IMG/VR virus record: IMGVR_UViG_3300037760_000179
Coordinates: 1-64,000 of that record
Source of the DNA: a virus
Strand: one strand, 5' to 3'
DNA length: 64,000 nucleotides
Shown: positions 8,664 through 17,122 of the stretch, piece by piece
Layout of the letters: the number at the start of each line of letters is the position of its first letter
Numbering within the stretch: the stretch's first letter is position 1
Notes under the pieces: generated by a model
Database searches by the model: none
The model's input: only the letters and a program-made list of their open reading frames with translations
Told to the model about the DNA's origin: nothing
Position numbers and translations under genes: made by a program

Positions 8664-9034
8664 TGGACACGCTGCCGCGGCTGCTGCCCGGCCCACACCG
8701 CCCGGCCCGACCCGGGTGGGACTGCTCCTGCTGCGACCTGCCCTACCCGTGCCCGCGCGGCCGGCAGCTGATGTGGCAGGCGCACGGACCGGCCGTGGCC
8801 ACGGTCGCCGCTGGGCTGCTCGAAGCCGCCGCCGCCGAACTCGACGCGACCCCGGCGGAGCTGTTCGCCCGGTTCATCGCCTGGACCGCGCCCAGCCTGC
8901 CGTGGTGTCCGCCACGGGCGCGAGCCGAAGCCGGGCACCAGCTGTCCGCAGATGTCCCTGTCTCACCGCGGACGGCACTGGCACCGGCCGGGGGTCTGAT
9001 ACCCGGCCGGTGCCGCCCCCCGGGCCGGCCCTGA
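8663..9034 (+). CDS. Small Zn-binding protein (H-x-P-x-x-P-x-W-x-C..C..P-W/Y-P-C family common in Micromonosporaceae)
   Basis: PHRPARPGWDCSCCDLPYPCP...LFARFIAW. Confidence 0.6.
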   Translation: MDTLPRLLPGPHRPARPGWDCSCCDLPYPCPRGRQLMWQAHGPAVATVAAGLLEAAAAELDATPAELFARFIAWTAPSLPWCPPRARAEAGHQLSADVPVSPRTALAPAGGLIPGRCRPPGRP

Positions 9035-9144
9035 CCGACCCTTCGCACCACCCAGACCCCGGCCCCGGGGTGCCGAGCGCCCTCCCTAGGCACCGGGAGT
9101 GCTGCGCGATCCCGGGGCCGGCCAACCCCCCCAGAGCTGAGCAG

Positions 9145-9456
9145 ATGAGACATCCGGTAGTCGTGGACCTTCCGGCGCCGCTGGTGGTGGCCGCGCGCAT
9201 GCCCGCACCGGCTGAAGCGCGTCGGCTGCGGATGGACCGGGACCGGCCGGTGCCGGTGCTGGTGGCCGGCGGGCGGCTGTGGCGGGCCGATCTGCACGAG
9301 CTGCGGATCGGCGGCCCCGCCCCGGCGCACCGGCACTTGGTGCGCGCCGGCCGGACGGTGTGCCGGGGGCTGCCGTGGACCCCGCCGCCCGACGTGCGGC
9401 TGCTGCCGTGGTGCACCGCGTGCGTGTACGGCGCCGCTTTCGGTGCCGCCCGCTGA
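9145..9456 (+). CDS. Hypothetical protein with His/Cys motif
   Basis: HRHLV...TVC...WCTAC. Confidence 0.4.
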   Translation: MRHPVVVDLPAPLVVAARMPAPAEARRLRMDRDRPVPVLVAGGRLWRADLHELRIGGPAPAHRHLVRAGRTVCRGLPWTPPPDVRLLPWCTACVYGAAFGAAR

Positions 9457-9610
9457 GCACCAACCGGCCCGACTAGCCGAGCCGGGACTACCCGGACAGG
9501 CGACGCGGAACCGGCCGGGCCGGGCATATGGTGCACCGGTCCGCACAAAGCCCACGGGGGGAACGAGCCGCCGGCCGGCCGGGCCGGGGCGCAGGTGAGA
9601 TGGGAGCGGG

Positions 9611-9991
9611 ATGAGGATCAGGATGTGGGCCGCTGCGGTGGCTGTCGGGCTGGTCGCCGTGGCCGGGTTGGCCGGGCCGGCGCAGGCGCAGGATCTGGAC
9701 TGTGCCGACTTCGCCACCCAGGAGGAGGCGCAGGCCGAACTGGAGCGGGACGGCACAGACCCGCACGGCCTGGACCGTGACGGGGACGGGGTGGCGTGCG
9801 AGGCCCTGCCGTCCGGTGGGCCGGTCGACAGCGGCGACGGGGACGACGGGGGCGGGCAGGACCAGGAAACCCTGCCCGAGACGTCCGGTGACGCCTGGGC
9901 GCTGTACGCCGGTGGCGCCGTCGCGCTGGGTCTGCTCGGCGCCGGGCTGTGGCTGGTCGCCCGGCGGCGGCGGGTCACCTTCACCGCCTGA
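9611..9991 (+). CDS. Secreted Excalibur calcium-binding domain protein with sortase-type anchor
   Basis: Signal peptide AQA; [14 protein letters not shown]...[15 protein letters not shown]; LPETSG + TM + RRRR tail. Confidence 0.85.
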   Translation: MRIRMWAAAVAVGLVAVAGLAGPAQAQDLDCADFATQEEAQAELERDGTDPHGLDRDGDGVACEALPSGGPVDSGDGDDGGGQDQETLPETSGDAWALYAGGAVALGLLGAGLWLVARRRRVTFTA

Positions 9992-10008
9992 CCCCCGGGC
10001 ACAGCGAA

Positions 10009-10040
10009 AGCGCCCCCCAGCCCGAAGGCTGGGGGGCGCT
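10009..10040. terminator. Perfect 14-bp hairpin, bidirectional terminator between convergent units
   Basis: AGCGCCCCCCAGCC-CGAA-GGCTGGGGGGCGCT. Confidence 0.8.
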
Positions 10041-10168
10041 GTCGTTCCGGGTCCTGGGGAGGGTCCGGACTTGCGACGCTACCGGGTGCCGGCCCGGAAA
10101 CGGCGGAGGCGCCCGGGCGAGCCGAAGCTCACCCGGGCGCCGCCTTCCGCCTTACCCCTACCGGCAGG

Positions 10169-10462
10169 CTACCCGCCTTCCACGCTGTCCTCGCGGCGCC
10201 TCTCCCATGGCCAGCCGCGGCGGAGGTGAACGGGAAACCACACCGCGAACCCGCCCAGCAGCACGGTCAGCACCACCCAGCCGGCGGTCACCCCACCGGA
10301 CTCGGTACCCAGCCACTCGCGGGTCATCTCGCTCAGCGTGCCGCCCTCACCCGGGGCGACGATCGCGATGGTCTCCGGTACAGCGAATGCGAGCGCGGCG
10401 ATCACCAGCCCGAGCGGCCACCAGCGGCGCAGCCAGCCGGGGTCGCGTCGCGGCTCGGTCAC
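10169..10462 (-). CDS. Two-TM membrane protein, lysis region
   Basis: GTGA-coupled; two hydrophobic helices. Confidence 0.6.
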   Translation of the reverse strand: MTEPRRDPGWLRRWWPLGLVIAALAFAVPETIAIVAPGEGGTLSEMTREWLGTESGGVTAGWVVLTVLLGGFAVWFPVHLRRGWPWERRREDSVEGG

Positions 10463-10806
10463 GACCCCACCAACGGGTCGAGGCTCGGCGACTGCTGCTC
10501 CGGCTTGGCCGGGTCCACCCAGTGGAACTCGGCTACGGGGCGGTGCCGCTGGCAGGTCGTGCAGTAGGTGGAGCCGTAGAACTTCGGGTCCCGCGCGTAC
10601 GTCTCCGCGATCTCCCGCGACATCGTGGTCACCGCGCCGCACACCTCATGCCAGTAGGACTGGCGAACCGGTCGCACGAAGCCCTTGGCGCGCTCGTCCT
10701 CCGACAGCACCAGATACACCGGAGCCTGCTCCACGGGCGGCCCTCCATCCGGGTCCGCGCCGTGGGTCAGGTCCGGGTCGCCCGGGTCCGTGGTGAGGCG
10801 GCTCAC
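10459..10806 (-). CDS. Conserved phage Zn-binding hypothetical protein
   Basis: YLVLSEDERAKGFVRPVRQSYWHEVCG...IAETYARDPKFYGSTYCTTCQRH. Confidence 0.7.
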   Translation of the reverse strand: MSRLTTDPGDPDLTHGADPDGGPPVEQAPVYLVLSEDERAKGFVRPVRQSYWHEVCGAVTTMSREIAETYARDPKFYGSTYCTTCQRHRPVAEFHWVDPAKPEQQSPSLDPLVGS

Positions 10807-11084
10807 CGGCGGTCCCTGGCCGCAGCGTCCAACACGCTGGACACCGACCGGCCCGACCACGCCTTCCGGCGGGCCAGCCACCCGGCCGCCAGCGGAGCCA
10901 CCACTGTCGTCAGGGTCAGGATCGAGCCCAGCTGGGCCTGTGTCAGGTCGAACCCGAACGACACCGCCAACGCCAGGACCGCACCGACGGCGGCAACGAT
11001 CGTCGCCGGCTTGAGCACCGGCTCGGTGGAGTGCTCGTCCAACTCCAGCCGCTGGCCGGTCGCGTCGACAACAAGCTTGGTCAT
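10803..11084 (-). CDS. Holin
   Basis: Two TMs, FGFDLTQAQ loop, basic C-terminus, within lysis cassette; RBS GGAGG. Confidence 0.65.
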   Translation of the reverse strand: MTKLVVDATGQRLELDEHSTEPVLKPATIVAAVGAVLALAVSFGFDLTQAQLGSILTLTTVVAPLAAGWLARRKAWSGRSVSSVLDAAARDRR

Positions 11085-11145
11085 GACCCCTCCGATGAGG
11101 TCTCGATCCGGCGGACCGTCCGCCGGCACATCCCACGCGGGACCG

Positions 11146-11487
11146 TCAGCCCCGCTGCGCCAGCCACACGCCCACGATCGCCGCCAACGCCGCCACGCCG
11201 CCGATGATGGCGAGGACCCGCGCCACCGGCGACCAGCTGCGGTCCGCGCGGGCACGCCGTGCGGCCTCGTCCTTGGCCAGCGCCGCAGCGGTGGCGACCG
11301 CCGTTGCGGCGTCGGCGTCCAGCCGGTCGGCCAGCCGCTGCGTCGCCAGCACCATCAGGTGCATCTCCTTGGCGAAGTCCGCTATCGACCCGTTGATCTT
11401 GGCAAGGTGCCCGGCGTGCTCCAGCAACGTCTGCTCCACCCGGCCCTGCTCCACACCCCGCTTGAACTCGCTCGCCTCGTCAGCCAC
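11146..11487 (-). CDS. Coiled-coil protein with C-terminal TM (lysis accessory)
   Basis: HLAKINGSI; C-terminal TM. Confidence 0.6.
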   Translation of the reverse strand: MADEASEFKRGVEQGRVEQTLLEHAGHLAKINGSIADFAKEMHLMVLATQRLADRLDADAATAVATAAALAKDEAARRARADRSWSPVARVLAIIGGVAALAAIVGVWLAQRG

Positions 11488-11776
11488 TGCGGACCTTCCT
11501 GGCCCGCACCAGCAGCACCAGCCAGCGCACCATCACCACATCAGCGGCCAGGTACACCGCGGCCAGCACCGGCCACATCACCGGAGACCACAGCCCGAGC
11601 CCGACCAGCAGCAGCGCCGCCGCCTCCATCGCCACCACCACGGCCATGGCCAGCAGCTGCCGCCACGTGGCCCGCTCCTCCGGGCTGTCCGGCGGCCGGC
11701 GGCGGCCGTGGATCGCCGCGAACGCCACCGCGCAGCCCAGCACCACCAGCAACTCGGCGATCACCACCCAGCGCAT
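11480..11776 (-). CDS. Three-TM membrane protein, putative holin-like
   Basis: Three hydrophobic segments; TGATG coupling. Confidence 0.6.
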   Translation of the reverse strand: MRWVVIAELLVVLGCAVAFAAIHGRRRPPDSPEERATWRQLLAMAVVVAMEAAALLLVGLGLWSPVMWPVLAAVYLAADVVMVRWLVLLVRARKVRSG

Positions 11777-11958
11777 CAGACACCCCCCCGTAGTGCCTGA
11801 TCCACCCAAGCCGCCAGCTCGTCATGGGCGCGGCGCACCTGCGGCCACTGCCGGCGCGTCTCCCGCAGCCGCCGCTCAGCGTCGTCGCGGGCCTGCTCCG
11901 CGCGGCAGCCGTTGCCGGCTATCCGCCACGGCCACTGCCACCGCCACCGGCGGGTCAC
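11776..11958 (-). CDS. Small lysis-region protein
   Basis: Coupled to neighbouring genes. Confidence 0.5.
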   Translation of the reverse strand: MTRRWRWQWPWRIAGNGCRAEQARDDAERRLRETRRQWPQVRRAHDELAAWVDQALRGGV

Positions 11959-12227
11959 ATCGGACCGGCCTCACCCGGCGCCGTCACCCGCGACAGCGCG
12001 GCAATCAGCTGATCCGCGTCCTTGGACGCGACGGCGGCGAGCACGTGCATAAGCTGCCGGCTCCTCTCGTCGGCCCGGGCCGAATGCAAGTCGGACGACG
12101 CGTGCCAGTCGTCGGCCCGCTGCTCGTGGGCGCGGATCGCGGACCGGTGCAGCATCACCCCCACCCAGGCGAGGATGCCCACGACGCCGCCCTGCGCCAG
12201 CCACGGCACCAGGTCAGCGGCGGTCAT
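11955..12227 (-). CDS. Single-TM lysis-region protein
   Basis: WLAQGGVVGILAWVGVML + coiled coil; start could be 12296. Confidence 0.55.
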   Translation of the reverse strand: MTAADLVPWLAQGGVVGILAWVGVMLHRSAIRAHEQRADDWHASSDLHSARADERSRQLMHVLAAVASKDADQLIAALSRVTAPGEAGPM

Positions 12228-12310
12228 GGCACACCGCACGCCAGGTGGTGATGGGACCGCCCCGGGGTCTGGGGGGCGCACATACCCATCGGCCAACTCC
12301 TATGAGGTCG

Positions 12311-13261
12311 CTACTCCGGCGCGTCGGGTGGCTGCTCCACCGCCAGCCGGATCCCGCCCAGCTCCTCCCGCAGCGCCTGCCGCACCTGCTCCGGGCTGGA
12401 CTGCTCGGTCAGCCGCGCCGCCACCCGGTCGGCCACGTCATCGCCCAACTGGGCGACCAGCTCGGCCCGGTGCTCGGCAAGCGCAGCCCGGAACACCACG
12501 TCCGGGTCCTGCCCGGCCACCACGGCGTGTGTGGCCTTCGAGAGCGCCAGCTGCTGCGCGGCGACCTCCCGGCCCCGGTAGGCGGCCTCGTACCCGCCGT
12601 TGAGCACCGTGCCGACCAGGGACACCTCTTTGCCGCTGACCCGGCTGACCACCTTCGTAGCCAGCAGCCGGTCTATCGTCGCCTTCGCGACCTCGTCAGC
12701 TGTGGGCATGTCGTCCTCCCCCTCCACTATCTGCTTGGCGCGGGCCACGATCGCCGGCTTCTGCGCCACGATCGCCGCACCCGGGCACTCGTCATGACCC
12801 CACTGCTCGTCCAGCCACTCCCGGTCCATGCTGTGATGCCCGAGTCCCCGCTCTCCCGGGTGGGTGGCGATCCGCAGCGGCACGCCGTACACCTGGTGCG
12901 CCTTGGCGAGGATGCGAGCGTTGGCCTCGACCTGCCACGGCGACAGCCGCTCCCAGCCGCCCGGGTTGCGGGAGTCCCTGGCCAGGAAGCCTTCGTTTTC
13001 CGAGCTGAGCCAGCGGCCATTGCCGTCGCCCTGGGTCCATGCCCGGGTAGCGGTGTCGACCATCTGCGCCAACTCGCCCTGCTCCCGGCCCACCACGAAG
13101 TGGGAGGAGACCCGGGACGCCGGGTTGTGCTGCCAGGCGATGGTGCCCCCGAACCAGCCAACGGCGATGTGCAGCACCAGGCCCCGCTGCTCGACCATGC
13201 CACCCGGCCCCTGGTTCTGGCCGTTACCCCGCCAGGTTGCGATGTCCGTCCAGCGTCCCAT
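12311..13261 (-). CDS. Endolysin, N-acetylmuramoyl-L-alanine amidase (Amidase_2)
   Basis: LVLHIA, SSHFVVG, AWTQG, SENEG, GHHS...HDECPG zinc-amidase motifs. Confidence 0.9.
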   Translation of the reverse strand: MGRWTDIATWRGNGQNQGPGGMVEQRGLVLHIAVGWFGGTIAWQHNPASRVSSHFVVGREQGELAQMVDTATRAWTQGDGNGRWLSSENEGFLARDSRNPGGWERLSPWQVEANARILAKAHQVYGVPLRIATHPGERGLGHHSMDREWLDEQWGHDECPGAAIVAQKPAIVARAKQIVEGEDDMPTADEVAKATIDRLLATKVVSRVSGKEVSLVGTVLNGGYEAAYRGREVAAQQLALSKATHAVVAGQDPDVVFRAALAEHRAELVAQLGDDVADRVAARLTEQSSPEQVRQALREELGGIRLAVEQPPDAPE

Positions 13262-13268
13262 GTAGCTC

Positions 13269-13361
13269 CTATCCGGACTCGTAGCGGGTACGCCACCCCG
13301 GGTACTCCCGGACGGTCAGCCCCGCGGCGCGCAGCACAGCGGGCAGCCACAACAGCCTCAT
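13269..13361 (-). pseudogene. 30-aa remnant of the N-terminus of a different endolysin
   Basis: MRLLWLPAVLRAAGLTVREYPGWRTR is a typical actinophage amidase N-terminus; own RBS GGGGAGG; stop overlaps the RBS of the intact lysin. Confidence 0.65.
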
Positions 13362-13419
13362 CCGGATCCTCCCCCTTGTGCGGTCGGGCGCGAGCCGGTA
13401 GCAGGCGTTCGCTGGTGGA

Positions 13420-13887
13420 TCAGGCCACGACACCGACGACGTAGATCGCCAGCCGATGCACGAAGCTGGCACCGCCTGACCCCCGGAAACCGGCGTGGCC
13501 GGTCCAGCTGGGAGTGCCGCCCCGGGCGCCGACCAGAGCCACCGTGTACGTGTCCGTGGTGGCGGGGGTGTAGGCCGGGTGCTCGGGTGTCGCCCAGTTG
13601 GTCGCCGCGGTGCTTGTGGAGCTGGCCGTGTTGTTGCGGGCTTCGTCGATCGCGGTCCCATCCACGGTGATCCGCACGACGAGCAGCTTCCCGAAGTCGT
13701 CGCTGTCCTCGGCGTGGGCGCGGGAGCGGCCGTAGATCCGGTACACCAGGTCGCCCCGCAGCAGCACATCGGTGCTGATCAGCGTGGCGGGGTCCGTGGT
13801 GGAGGTGCTGAAGTTGTTCGCGCTCTCCTGGTATGTGACCAGCTGGCCAACTTCGGACCCGCGGATGGTCGCGCCGGGCAACGGCAT
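13420..13887 (-). CDS. Tail-associated hypothetical protein
   Basis: Beta-rich; position after minor tail gene. Confidence 0.6.
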   Translation of the reverse strand: MPLPGATIRGSEVGQLVTYQESANNFSTSTTDPATLISTDVLLRGDLVYRIYGRSRAHAEDSDDFGKLLVVRITVDGTAIDEARNNTASSTSTAATNWATPEHPAYTPATTDTYTVALVGARGGTPSWTGHAGFRGSGGASFVHRLAIYVVGVVA

Positions 13888-13900
13888 GCTGCCACCTTCC

Positions 13901-16900
13901 TCACAGGGCGTATCTGGCTGGCTGCCACAGCTGCACCGGCTCCCCGACGGCGATGGTGATCCCGGCGTCGTCCAGCCCGTTCACGCTGGCCTGCTGGACC
14001 GTCATCGTCTGTACCGCGCCCGCTGGGGCGCCGACCGCGGTCACCCGCAACCTGACCCCCCGGACCTGGAGGTCGAACGGGAAGTCGGCGGTCTGGGACC
14101 ACAGGTCGGCTCCGCCGGTCTGGTCCTCCACGGACAGGCTGGTGCCGGTGCCCACGACGAAGGCGGTCTGGACGCGGGAGTCGTACGGGGAGTAGCGCTT
14201 CGGCTCGGCCTCGTCGGGGGTTTCCGCGTCCCCCGCGTACACCCCCACCACCCACGGCGCGTACGGCGTGCCCGAGTCCCCGACCAGCCAGGCGCGGGAA
14301 CCCAGCACCTCCGTGTATGAGGTCAGCACCCGGTCTACGTCACCCGGGGGGTAGATGGCGGGCAGGTTGGTGCGGGCGATCCGGTCGCCCAGCTCCACCC
14401 CGAGCCACGTGTCGATCAGGTCCGGGTTGGCGGCGAGGTTGATCTGCCGGGTGGGGGCGCGCATCTCCGCCACCACACCCTTGCCGACCTGCCAAGAGGC
14501 CAGGCCGGGCAGCTGCTGGTCCGCGAGCGCGTTGAAAAGCCCGGACGAGCCGTACAGCTGATGCCTGGCGGTGTGTGCCTGGTCCTGCACGACCGCCTCG
14601 GAGCCTTCGGGCCGCTGCGCCGCGAACGTGTTGACCATCTGCTGGTCGTCCAGCAGCCCCTGAAGCACCTGCTTGGCGTCGCCGGAGTAGCGGTAGGTGG
14701 ACATGTCCACGGTCAGCGCCGCGTCAAGGTTGTAACGGCGCAGCCGGGGCAGGAACCCCAGCCCGAACCCGTGCTCGTACAGGATCGCGTCATCGACGGT
14801 GGCGCATTCCTGCCAGGCTTGCACGAGGGTGGACTGCGGCTGCGGCCCCATCGGCTCCGTTTCGTCCAGCACCGACTGGCTACCCCACTGCTCGTACGCG
14901 ACCTCGTTCGGCGTGGTGGCGTCCGACGGGCCACGGCGGGCGTAGACCCCCACCCGGCCGGCGGTCAGGGTCGGGTCGACGCCGATGGTCTGCCACACCA
15001 TCGGCTCCGGGTCGCCGTCACGCCACGCCCGGCCGTACAACGCGGAGCCGTGGCCGCGGGCACGCAGCCAGAACCGGTCACCGGCGGCGTACGTGCCCAG
15101 GTCCACGGCCTCAGCGGCTGGCAGGAGCGTCCCGGATCCGGTGGCGTCGGTCAGCCACAGCTGCGCCTGGTTGCTGATCAGCCGCAGCCGCAGCCGGTAG
15201 TGGGTGGACGCGTCGGCCCAGCGCAGCAGCAGACCGGCGTCGTAGCCGACCGCACCGCCGGACTGCACCGCCGGGACCGCCACCAGCACCCGGGCGTCGA
15301 AGTCGCCGACCACGGGGCCGATCAGCACCCCCCGCAGCGCGGAAGTGGTCGGCTGGTCGATCAGCCCCTGCCCGGACGCGACGCTGAAGTCGCCTGCCGA
15401 GCCACCGTCCGTGGTCCACGTCTGGCCGGTGGTGGCGTCGCCCCAGCCGCTGGCCTCCGTGCGGTCAAAGCCGTCAGTCAGGTCGTACTCGTCGACGACC
15501 TGCAACTGGATGCCGACCTCGTCGGCGAGCCGTTCGACACGGCGGCCGGCCGCCTCCCGGTCGTACCCGGTCACGGCGGCCCACGTGTACGGCGCCCCGG
15601 CGGCACCGTCCGCCCCGGCCGGCTCGTACACCGCCATGTGCCCGACGCGCAGCCCGTCGGCGAGGATCTCCCCGAACTTGGGCCAGGCGGTGGTGGCGGA
15701 GGTGACGGTGCCGACGTCGGTCACCAGCCCGTCCACGTGGAACTGCCAGGAGATGTTGGCGCCGGACTGGACCACGTGCATGCGCAGTTGGTGGAACGTC
15801 CCACGTGGGACCACCTCGGAGGCCAGCAGCGTGACCGCCGACTCGTCGTCGGCGGCCCGGGACAGGCCCACCGTCAGGTCGTCCCCGTCGATCTGCGCCC
15901 GGCTGATCCACACCGCCCCGGCGCCGTCCACCACGGTCATCCCCCATACGGGGGTCCCCGTCGGGGTGTCTTCGTCGAAGGCGAGCACCGACTCGGCCGC
16001 CCACACGTCGTTGACCCGGCCGGGGATGGGGAACCGCAGCGACCCGGCGACAGTGACCCCGGCAGTGAGCCGGATCGACGGGCCGGACCCCGGCGACACC
16101 GGTTCGGCGCCGGTTTCCACCTCGGTCACGCCGTAGATCCGCGCCGGGGCGACCCCCGGTACGGCGGATGCGGCGAACCCTGCCGCGGTGCCATCCTCCA
16201 GCGGCCAGTACGCGGCCAGGGTGTTCTCTGCGACGGTGGCCCGGTAGATGGCAGAGCGCAGCGGCGGATCACCCTGGCCGAGCCGCCGCAGCGGCCCGTT
16301 CGCCTCCACCGTCACGGACGAGCTGAACTGTCCGCCACCGGACGGGATGAAGGTGGGCTGCCAAGAGTTGACGTGGCCGGCGAACCGGACGCTGCGCAGC
16401 CGCAGCTCGTCACCGTGGAGCGTGTCGCTGCCGGCCGGGGAGCCGGTGACCGTGAGCCACACCCGGGCGTACGCCACCCCGGCGGGGATCTCCACCCACA
16501 GCTCATGGTAGGTCCAGGTGGCCGCGGCCAGGGCCACGGTGGACGCCTGCGTCAGCGACACCCGCGTCTGTGACCCGTCGAGCAGTTCCAGCGCCACCCC
16601 CGCCGGGTCGGCGTACCCGCCCGGGGAGTACACCCACCCGGAGCACAGCCACGACCGGCCCGGCGTCACCGGCACGTACCCAGAGTTGGCCGAGGCTGCG
16701 GCGGCTACCCCGTCCGGCGTCAGCAGCAGCGAGGCGACACCTGCCCGCGCCTGCGCCGTCGACCGGGCAGCCGTCCCGCCGGCGGCCGTCCAATCCTCGG
16801 CGCTGACCTCGAAGTCGTGGTTGAGGTTGCGGGTCACCGTCAGCCGCAGCGGGGTGCCCACGTCCACGTCCGGCCACCACTGGGACGCCGGGTGCAGCGG

Positions 16901-17122
16901 GGTCAACTGCCCGTCGTCGTTGTCCAGCACGATCCGGCAGCTTGCCGCCGCCGCCTCGGTCGCCCCCGGCTGCTGGCCCCGGCTGATCGGGATCGGCTGG
17001 TCCAGCCGCCGCGGCGACAGATCGGTCCACTGCCACGTCACCGGATCCGCCGCCCGGTCCACCCCGAACCCGGCCTCGACCATGACTGGCAGGTCCACAT
17101 CGGGGAAGCTCGGCAGGGTCAT
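13901..17122 (-). CDS. Minor tail protein with carbohydrate-binding/LamG-like modules
   Basis: WTDLS..ISRG..LDNDDGQLTP, NHDFE CBM-like segment, AYWPLEDG, DGFDRT..GWG; follows tape measure. Confidence 0.85.
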   Translation of the reverse strand: MTLPSFPDVDLPVMVEAGFGVDRAADPVTWQWTDLSPRRLDQPIPISRGQQPGATEAAAASCRIVLDNDDGQLTPLHPASQWWPDVDVGTPLRLTVTRNLNHDFEVSAEDWTAAGGTAARSTAQARAGVASLLLTPDGVAAAASANSGYVPVTPGRSWLCSGWVYSPGGYADPAGVALELLDGSQTRVSLTQASTVALAAATWTYHELWVEIPAGVAYARVWLTVTGSPAGSDTLHGDELRLRSVRFAGHVNSWQPTFIPSGGGQFSSSVTVEANGPLRRLGQGDPPLRSAIYRATVAENTLAAYWPLEDGTAAGFAASAVPGVAPARIYGVTEVETGAEPVSPGSGPSIRLTAGVTVAGSLRFPIPGRVNDVWAAESVLAFDEDTPTGTPVWGMTVVDGAGAVWISRAQIDGDDLTVGLSRAADDESAVTLLASEVVPRGTFHQLRMHVVQSGANISWQFHVDGLVTDVGTVTSATTAWPKFGEILADGLRVGHMAVYEPAGADGAAGAPYTWAAVTGYDREAAGRRVERLADEVGIQLQVVDEYDLTDGFDRTEASGWGDATTGQTWTTDGGSAGDFSVASGQGLIDQPTTSALRGVLIGPVVGDFDARVLVAVPAVQSGGAVGYDAGLLLRWADASTHYRLRLRLISNQAQLWLTDATGSGTLLPAAEAVDLGTYAAGDRFWLRARGHGSALYGRAWRDGDPEPMVWQTIGVDPTLTAGRVGVYARRGPSDATTPNEVAYEQWGSQSVLDETEPMGPQPQSTLVQAWQECATVDDAILYEHGFGLGFLPRLRRYNLDAALTVDMSTYRYSGDAKQVLQGLLDDQQMVNTFAAQRPEGSEAVVQDQAHTARHQLYGSSGLFNALADQQLPGLASWQVGKGVVAEMRAPTRQINLAANPDLIDTWLGVELGDRIARTNLPAIYPPGDVDRVLTSYTEVLGSRAWLVGDSGTPYAPWVVGVYAGDAETPDEAEPKRYSPYDSRVQTAFVVGTGTSLSVEDQTGGADLWSQTADFPFDLQVRGVRLRVTAVGAPAGAVQTMTVQQASVNGLDDAGITIAVGEPVQLWQPARYAL

